From contig OZ024763.1 of the NCBI GenBank assembly GCA_964016885.1, forward strand, positions 18,910,001 through 18,974,000: a stretch of 64,000 bases of DNA, in the 5' to 3' direction. Below are positions 53,985 to 64,000 of the stretch, one piece after another (positions within the stretch are counted from its first letter, which is position 1; each line of letters starts with the position of its first letter). The notes below the pieces were generated by a model. It was not told the DNA's origin. It saw nothing but the letters and a program-made list of their open reading frames with translations, and made no database searches. This DNA comes from Eledone cirrhosa (Eukaryota). Made by a program: the position numbers and the translations under genes.

Positions 53985-55089
53985 CATGGGTTAGACGGGT
54001 TGTCCTGTTGTGGGCAGTGTCTGGTTGGCTGACCATGCCTTGCTCATACAGGAACTGATTTGGCTTGATTTCTACAGCTGGATGCCCTTCCTAACACCAA
54101 CCTCATTTACAGTGAGTGCTGGGTGCTTTTTCGTGGCGCCTACACGTCCACTTTACAGTGTGGGCTGGGTGCTTTTTTTGCCGTGGCACCTCCACGACCA
54201 CCTTGCAGTGGGGGGGGGGGGCATATTGTCTATATGCTTCAGTTTGTACCCATGGGAGGTCGGGTACTCTGTATTACTGCGTGACGCTAGAGGTCACGGT
54301 CATGTGTCATCGCCTTTGAGAGGTATAATTGGGTAAGGTCGGCTTTTATCACCTCATTCCAGGTCATCTTGGGTCTCCCCACTCCGCGGTTTCCATCAAC
54401 TTCTAGTGCTCTGCACCTTTTTATGCAGCTGACATCCTTCATACGCATCACATGTCCATACCAACGCAACCGCCTCTCCTGCACACAGCATTTGATTCCT
54501 CTTATGCTCAGTCTCTCTCTCAATTCATTTATGCTTTGTCGTTCGCGTATATTACTACTACACATCCACCAGAGCATGCTGGCTTCATTTCTCTCTAATC
54601 TACGTAAGTCTTCCACCTTCAACGCCCAGGTCTCACTACCATGCAACATCGCTGTTCGGATACACGCCTCATACAGTCTGCCTTTCATTTTGAGGGAGAA
54701 GCCTTTTGCAGCTAGCAGTGGTAGTAGTTCCCTAAACTTCTTCCATCCCGTTCTTACCCTAGTTATTGTACTTTCTGAACACCCACCTCCGCTGCTAATT
54801 CGGTCACCTAGGTAGCAGAAGCTGTCTACTGTTTCTCCAGAGCCCTCCCAGAGATTGGTGGTACTTGTTTCCTGTGGCTGTTTGCTGCTTGCTGTCCTAG
54901 CACAGCTGCTGCATGTGAAGCCTACATTCTTAATTAAGCTTCCTGAGATCCCGCTACATCTCTTGTGTACCCATTGTTTGCATTTGGGGGAGAGAATGGA
55001 GTTCCTACCTACACCTTTCCTACATACTGAGCAAGGCCATTTCCCTGAGGGGATCTGGGTTCTGTTTTCTCATCTACTTACAAGGACCT
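53985..55089 (-). mobile_element. 5'-truncated RTE LINE (PHD-like finger, RT C-terminus, extended 3' UTR)
   Basis: KGRLYEACIRTAMLHGSETW..ERRLRWYGHVMRM..GRPKMTW; 3' UTR nearly identical to 60890-61250. Confidence 0.92.
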
Positions 55090-55314
55090 ATATATATATA
55101 TATATACAAATTTTAGTACATCATTAACGAAGCTTTAGGCTGCGGCTAAACTAACGAATGCAGATTCGGAATGTAGCTTTAGCACTCGATGGAGAATAAT
55201 ACCCCAGAGTTATAACAATACGTTTAGACAGCTTTGCAGGTTAAATATAGCGACTGGCAGTCCAGCCGCATTGCCATAGCAATGAAAAAAACTGAATTCA
55301 GGGAAAGATTTATA

Positions 55315-56646
<1,332 letters not shown>

Positions 56647-56768
56647 GTTTGTGAGTGGTGTGCGTGATTGTATGCATGAATGAGTGTTGGTATGTGTGGT
56701 TGTGGTTTGTATGCATGAGTATTAGTGTGTGAGTCGTGTCAATAAGTTTTTTTTTTTTTTTTTTTTTT

Positions 56769-59700
56769 CTAATGACCATGCTGTAAAATGGAGGGGTAGA
56801 GAGGGCCCTTGAGTCTAGTAAGACATCCTCTCTAGTGCTGGTGGCACAAATAAAAGCACCCAGTCCATGCTGTAAAGTGGCGCTGGTGTTAGGAAGGGCA
56901 TCCAACCAGTGTATCAATGCCAAAAAGCTTATCAGCACAGCAACAAAACAGCATAGAAAAATATGAAGACGTCGCATCTCAGAGTTGCAACACTTAATGT
57001 TGGCACTCTCAGAGGTAGGTCTGCTGAAATAGCGGAGATGCTGGAGAGAAGGCAGGTGGATGTGTGCTGCGTGCAAGAGGTGAGATGGAGGGGTGCCTCT
57101 GCGAGACTAGTCGTAGGCAAGCGTCTTAGCTATAAGCTATTCTGGGTAGGTAAGGATGATGGGTTAGGGGGAGTAGGCATTTTCCTGGCTGAGAAATGGA
57201 TCAATAAGACAATAGAGGTAGTTCGAGTTAGTAATCGAATAATTAAGCTTAGATTAGTTGTAGGTAGGAGACTACTGACAATCATCTCGGTCTATGCTCC
57301 CCAAGCAGGCCTAGGCAAAGATGAGAAAGACTGCTTTTATGAGCAACTTTTGCAAACAACCACAATGACAGAGGACGGAGACATCGTTATGCTAGCAGGA
57401 GACTTCAATGGTCATGTTGGACAGCTCCAGGATGGTTACACTGGGGTACATGGTGGGCACGGTTACGGTTCAAGAAATGAAGAAGGAGTGAGACTTCTTG
57501 AATTTTGTGATGCAAGTACATTGACTATTTGCAACACAAACTTCCAGAAACCTGCCAATCACCTAATAACCTACAAATCTGGTGAGCACATAAGCCAGAT
57601 TGACTTCCTGCTAGTTAGGCAGCGGGACAGGCAGATAGTGTCTAATACCAAGGCATACCCTGGGGAAGAATGTACCCCACAGCATAGGTTAGTTGTTAGT
57701 GATATCTCAGTAAGCAAGAGATGGAATGAGACATATAGGAAGGTGTGGAGAAGAAAGGTCTGGAAGCTAAAAGACCTTTCATTAAAATTCAAATTTAGGA
57801 AAGCCCTTCAAGATGTATATGACGAAAAAGAAGACGATTTAGAGACGTATGACATAGATAATAACTGGAAGTTCTTACGTGACAACTTGCTGAAGGCTAC
57901 TGATGAAACCTGTGGCTGGAGCAGAGCTCCAACCAGACAGAGAGTGACCTGGTGGTGGAACAGCAGTGTAGATAAGGCTATTAGAGACAAAAGACTAGCA
58001 TGGAAGGCTTGGAATAAGGGTGGGAGTAGGGAAGAATATACAGCCACTAAGAGAGAAGCTAGACGTCAGGTGTACTTAGCACGCAGGGAGGCAGAGAGTA
58101 GGAGGTTTGCCAATGTTCTGCGACGGGAAGATCAGAGGCGTGCGGTGTTCCACATTGCAAGGCAGTGTGTCAATGCAAATCAGGATGTTGTTGGTGATAA
58201 ATGTGTCCGGGATGATGCCAGTGTACTTAGTGTCACGAATGACCAGAAAAAGGAGGCCTGGAAATGTCATTATGAGAGACTGATGAATGTGGAGAACGAA
58301 TGGGAGAGAGAGAAATTACCCTTGGTAGATCCGACAGAGGGACCAGCTATTGAGATTGACGAATATAGGGTCCAAGAGGCGATTAGGGAAATGAAAAATG
58401 GTAAGGCGGCCGGACCATCTGGAATAGTTGCTGAGATGCTGAAGGCATCAGGGGACGTAGGCACTAAACTGGTTGCACGCATAATCAATCAGGCTATATA
58501 TGGTGGTGTCATACCCAAAGACTGGTGCAGCAGTATTCTCATAAATTGCTACAAAGGTAAAGGGGATGCTTTGGAGAGGAGCAATTATAGGGGTATAAAA
58601 CTGATAGATCAGGTTATGAAAGTGGCAGAAAGGATTTTAGCACAACTAATTAGAGAAAGGGTCAAACTAGATGAGATGCAGTTTGGTTTTGTGCCTGGGA
58701 AGAGTACAACAGATGCCCTCTTCTTGGTGAGACAAATGCAAGAGAGGTTCTTAGAGAAGAATAAGCCACTATACTTAGCCTTTGTTGACCTAGAGAGGGC
58801 CTTTGATAGGGTACCCCGATCTGTCATCTGGTGGTCCCTAAGGAAGCTGGGTGTTGAGGAATGGCTTGTAAGGACAGTGCAAACCTTGTACAGAGGTACT
58901 CTCAGTAAAGTCAGGGTAGGAATGGAGTTTAGTGAGGAATTCCAGATACAAGTAGGAGTACATCAGGGTTCGGTCCTCAGCCCGCTCTTGTTCATTATAG
59001 TCCTCCAAGCCATAACAGCCTCCAAGCCATAACAGAGGAGTTTAAGACTGGCTGTCCATGGGAACTTCTCTATGCTGACGATCTGGCTCTTATGGCAGAA
59101 TCAGTAGAGGAGCTAGAGAATAAATTCCGGCTATGGAAACAGCAGTTGGAAGCAAGAGGACTGAGAGTAAATCTAGCTAAGACAAAAGTGTTGATGAGTA
59201 GAAAAGAGGACAAAACCCTGATTCCGTCAGGGAAATGGCCATGTTCGATATGCAGAAAAGGAACTGGCATAAATTCTATAAAATGCACACAATGTAGGTC
59301 CTGGGTACACAAGAGATGTAGCGGGATAGCAGGCAAACTAACAGGTAGGGAGAAATATGTATGCAGTAGATGTACAGGGAAGTTAGACAGTAGAAGTCGC
59401 ACTGATAGACACATTTTTCAAATGCGAGAGGGCGCTATAGAAGTGGTGGATAGCTTCCGGTACCTAGGAGATCAGATTAGCATGGGAGGAGGGTGTTCCG
59501 AGGCCATAGTATCTAGAATAAGGACGGGTTGGAAGAAGTTTAGGGAGCTGCTTCCTCTGTTGACGAAGAAGGGTTTCTCCCTGCGTACGAAAGGCCGGTT
59601 GTATGATGCCTGTGTGAGAAGCGCGATGCTGCATGGTAGTGAGACATGGGCAGCTACCGCAGAAGATATGCGACGGCTGGAGAGAAATGAGGCAAGCATG

Positions 59701-60074
59701 CTCCGTTGGATGTGCAGTGTAAATGTGCGTGAACGACCCAGCATAAATGTGTTGAGAGAGAAACTGTGTCTGAGAGGGATAGAATGTAGTGTACGGGAGA
59801 GGAGACTGAGGTGGTATGGACATGTGATGCGCATGGAGGATGACCGATGGGTGAAGAAGTGCCAGGAAATGCCAGTTGAAGGAAGACGTGGTAGAGGTAG
59901 ACCACGAAAAACATGGGCGGAGGTGGTGAGAACAGACCTCAGATCATTGAAGCTCACGGTGGAGATGACGAGGGACCGTGACGAGTGGAGAGATGCTGTG
60001 CTGAATAAGACCCGTCCCACCCTTGCAAGCAGGGAAAAGCGGACGTAAAATGATGATGATGATGATGATGATGA
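56769..60074 (+). mobile_element. Full-length RTE-clade LINE with (GAT)n tail
   Basis: Short 5' UTR, single APE-RT ORF, 3' end gcggacgtaaaa(tga)n; no clear TSD. Confidence 0.95.
56963..60048 (+). pseudogene. RTE ORF: AP endonuclease + reverse transcriptase with PHD-like insertion; one frameshift from a 17-bp tandem duplication
   Basis: TLNVGTL, CVQEVRW, GDFNGH, IDF, QHRL; QFGF, FVDLERAFD, HQGSVLSP, YADD, FRYLG; cctccaagccataacag duplicated at 59002-59018/59019-59035. Confidence 0.95.
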
Positions 60075-60095
60075 TATATATATATATACTTATAC

Positions 60096-60126
<31 letters not shown>

Positions 60127-60133
60127 CTTATAC

Positions 60134-60164
<31 letters not shown>

Positions 60165-60186
60165 CTTATACATATATATACATACT

Positions 60187-60218
<32 letters not shown>

Positions 60219-60224
60219 TATACA

Positions 60225-60290
<66 letters not shown>

Positions 60291-60326
60291 CTTATACATA
60301 TATATATATACATACTTATACATATA

Positions 60327-60358
<32 letters not shown>

Positions 60359-60383
60359 CATATATATATATACATACTTATAC

Positions 60384-60480
<97 letters not shown>

Positions 60481-60511
60481 CTTATACATATATATATATA
60501 TATATATATAC

Positions 60512-60544
<33 letters not shown>

Positions 60545-60678
60545 CTTATACAATATATATATATATACTTATACATATATATATATATACTTATACATAT
60601 ATATATATACTTATACATATATATATATACTTATACATATATATATATATATATACTTATACATATATATATATACTT

Positions 60679-60714
<36 letters not shown>

Positions 60715-60785
60715 TTATATATATATATATATATATATATTTAAGTATATACTTATATATATATATATATATATATGTATATACT

Positions 60786-60817
<32 letters not shown>

Positions 60818-60845
60818 CTTATATATATATATAAGTATATACTTA

Positions 60846-61250
60846 TCATCATCATCATCATCACCGTTTTACGTCCGTTCTTCCACGCTAGCATGGGTTA
60901 GACGGGTTGTCCTGTTGTGGGCAGTGTCTGGTCGGCTGACCATGCCTTGCTCATACAGGAACTGATCTGGCTTGATTTCTACAGCTGGATGCCCTTCCTA
61001 ACACCAACCTCATTTACAGTGAGTGCTGGGTGCTTTTTCGTGGCGCCTACACGTCCACTTTACAGTGTGGGCTGGGTGCTTTTTTGCCGTGGCACCTCCA
61101 CGACCACCTTGCGGTGGGGGGGGGGGGGGGGGGCATATTGTTTATATGCTTCAGCATGTACCCATGGGAGGTCGGGTACCCTGTATTACTGCGTGACGCC
61201 AGAAGTCACGGTCGTGTGTCATTGACTTTGAGAGGTGTAGTTGGGTAAGG
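60846..61250 (-). mobile_element. Short RTE 3' segment with extended 3' UTR and (GAT)n tail
   Basis: LTQLHLSKSMTHDRDFWRHAVIQGTRPPMGTC*, then UTR matching 53985-54340, ending acggacgtaaaacgg(tga)n. Confidence 0.85.
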
Positions 61251-64000
61251 ATGTTGTGGTACCAACATGACTTTACATTGAAAGGGGTGGTGTGGATGGA
61301 GTGGGGGTAGTGGGACGGGGGTGTATTTTTGTTAGAGGTGCCTACTGACTGTAGGTTTCGCTTTGTACTTAGGTAAGGCGGCTCTTCTATATTACTGTGT
61401 AGTGCCAAAGATCTCGGTCCAGTGACATTGTCTTGGAGAGGTGTAAGTGTGTGAGGTCGGAATTTATCAAGTCGTCCCAGGTTTTTCTGGGTCTGCCTAC
61501 TCCGTGGCTACCGTCTATTTTTATTGCCCTGCACTTTTTTATACAGCTGTCATCTTTCATGCGCATCACGTGACTGTACCAACATAGTCTTCTCTCGAGT
61601 AAACAACATCTGATCCCTCTTATTTCTAATTTTTCCCTTAGTTCGTTTATGCTTTGCTGTTCACGTATATTACTATTACACATCCAGCGGAGTATACAAG
61701 CTTCGTTCCTCTCTAGTCTGCGTATATCCTCTGCACACAATGCCCAGGTCTCACTGCCATGTAACATTGCTGTTCGTATGCAGGCATCATACAGCCTGCC
61801 TTTCATTTTTAGAGAGAACACTTTAGCGGCTAATAGTGGTGTGAGCTCTCTGAACTTTTTCCATCCAGTTCTGACTCTAGCTACTGTAATTTCAGAGCAC
61901 GCTCCACCACTGCTGATTTTGTCACCCAAGTAACGGAAGGTGTCCACTATTTCTATAGAACCATCTGTGCAATGGAATGAGCTAGTATTCTGTGGGCACT
62001 TGCTGCTACTTATTGCACCAGAGCACCGGCCACATATAAAATCTATATTCTTAGTTAGCTTACCTGTGATCCCACTACATCTTTTATGCACCCATACTTT
62101 GCATTTGGGACATAAAATGGAGTTTCTACCTACTCCTTTCCTAGACACTGAGCATGGCCATTTCCCGGATGGGACCGGTGCCCTATTTTCCTTCCTACAA
62201 ACTAGAACTTTAGTCTTAGACAAGTTAACTTTAAGGCCTTTTGATTCTAGGCCATGCTTCCATGTTTGGAATTTCTTCTCTAGTTCAGCCATTGATTCAG
62301 CTATGAGCGTTAGATCATCTGCATATAGGAGTTCCCATGGGCAGCCGGTCTTGAACTCCACTGTTATAGCCTGAAGGGCAATAATAAATAGTAGGGGGCT
62401 AAGAACAGAGCCCTGATGAACACCAACTTTTACGCTAATCTCTTCACTATATTCATTGTTAATTCTAACCTTGCTGACTGTTTCTTTATACATGGCTTGT
62501 ATAGCTCTCACAAGCCATTCATCAACACCTAGTTTTCTAAGAGCCCACCAGATAATGGAACAGGGGACTCTGTCAAAGGCTTTCTCCAAGTCGACAAAAG
62601 CTAAGTACAGGGGTTTACTTTTAGCTAGGTACTTCTCCTGTAGTTGTCGTACAATGAAAAGAGCGTCTGCGGTACTTTTACCTGACACAAACCCGAACTG
62701 CATTTCATCTAGATCAATTCGATCTCTGATTAGTTGCGCTATTACTTTTTCTGTGACTTTCATGACCTGGTCGATTAATTTAATGCCTCTATAGTTACTC
62801 CTATCTAGGGCATCTCCTTTACCCTTGTAGCAGTTAATGATGCTGCTGCTACGCCAGTCCTTTGGAACAACCCCATTCTGTATGACTGTTTACTATCCGG
62901 GTGACCATAGTGTGTCCCACCGTTCCAGAAGCTTTCAACATTTCAGCAATTATTTCCCAAGGCCCAGCCGCCTTACCCGTCTTCATATCTTTAATTGCCT
63001 TACTTATTATACTACCTTCGACTAACACTGCTGGTCCCTCTATTGGATCGATGTGGGGGAGACTGTCTTTCTCCCATTTATTCTCCTCATTTAGTAGCCT
63101 TTCGTAGTGACACTTCCAAGCTACCTTCTTATCAGCGTCAGTGATGGCAAGTACACCATCATCATTAAGGACACACTTCTCTCCGACAATATCACGGTTT
63201 TCCTTGACAATCCTGAACACCCCACGTTTTTGGTCCTCGCGTTGTAGAATATGCTTGAACTTTCTTTCCTCTGCTTCCCTTCTTGCGAAGTACACTTGTC
63301 TCCTAGCTTCCCTCCTGGCCACTTGATAGTCTTCTCTACTTCCCCCATCCCGCCATACTTTCCAAGCCTCCTTTTTGGCCTAAATTGACTCCTCCACCAC
63401 GTTACTCTCCTCCTGCCTACAGGCCTGCTCCAGCCACAGACTTCATCTGCTGCCATCAGCAGGTTTGCTTTCAGGAATTCCCACTGTTCCTCTATATTGT
63501 ACGACTCTAATTGCTCTTCCTTACTGTCGAAAGCATCAAGTAATATGCTTTGAAATTTATTTCTGGCTGTGGGGTCCTTTAGCTTCCATATTTTTCTCCT
63601 GAGGATAGTCCTCTTCTGTTGTCGAGTACGTCTCGTCCTGACTATGAGGTCGCTAATTATGAGTATGTTGAGAAGTGCATTCTTCATGGGGGAGGAATTT
63701 AGTGTTTACAACAGACACTCTGTCACGTTTTCTGGTAAGGATATAATCTACCTTGCTGGTATGTTCCCCTGATCTGTAGGTGATCAAGTGATTGTCTCGT
63801 TTTTTGAAGTTAGTGTTACAGATAGTTAGGTTATTTGCGTCACAGAATTCCAGGGTTCTGGAGCCTTCCTCATTTCTAGTACCAAACCCATAGCCTCCGT
63901 GGATTCCATCATAGCCGTCACAATGTTGTCCAACGTGACCATTTAGGTCGCCAGCAATAATTATATAGTCACTGTCGGTTATTTGGGAGGTAGTGAGCAT
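61251..64000 (-). mobile_element. Decayed RTE LINE (APE partial, RT, PHD-like finger), runs off window end
   Basis: GDLNGH/VDY in 63653-64000; RT ORF 61387-62763 with FVDLEKAFD, HQGSVLSP, YADD; several frameshifts. Confidence 0.95.

Overview
Repeat-saturated eukaryotic genomic DNA with no recognisable host protein-coding exon. The SINE/RTE families and huge microsatellite load resemble an octopod cephalopod genome (inference from recalled repeat motifs, not from a search). Almost all long ORFs in the track are translations of micro/minisatellites. Real coding remnants are all retroelements: one near-intact RTE LINE (56769-60074; a single 17-bp duplication breaks its ~1022-aa APE-RT ORF, which has a PHD-like finger inside the RT), decayed RTE copies, and two Penelope-like element (PLE) fragments (RT N-terminus; GIY-YIG). 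The main hidden signal is a dense set of short non-coding elements, mostly sitting in (TA)n tracts, from several unrelated families. They carry type I hammerhead ribozyme folds with covarying self-complementary stem III loops, and many are long fold-back palindromes. In one family the apex falls in the ribozyme's own stem II and the short arm joins (TA)n at the same TAT microhomology in each copy. Several minisatellites are traceable to SINE segments. Ribozyme folds were paired by eye and need computational and biochemical confirmation.
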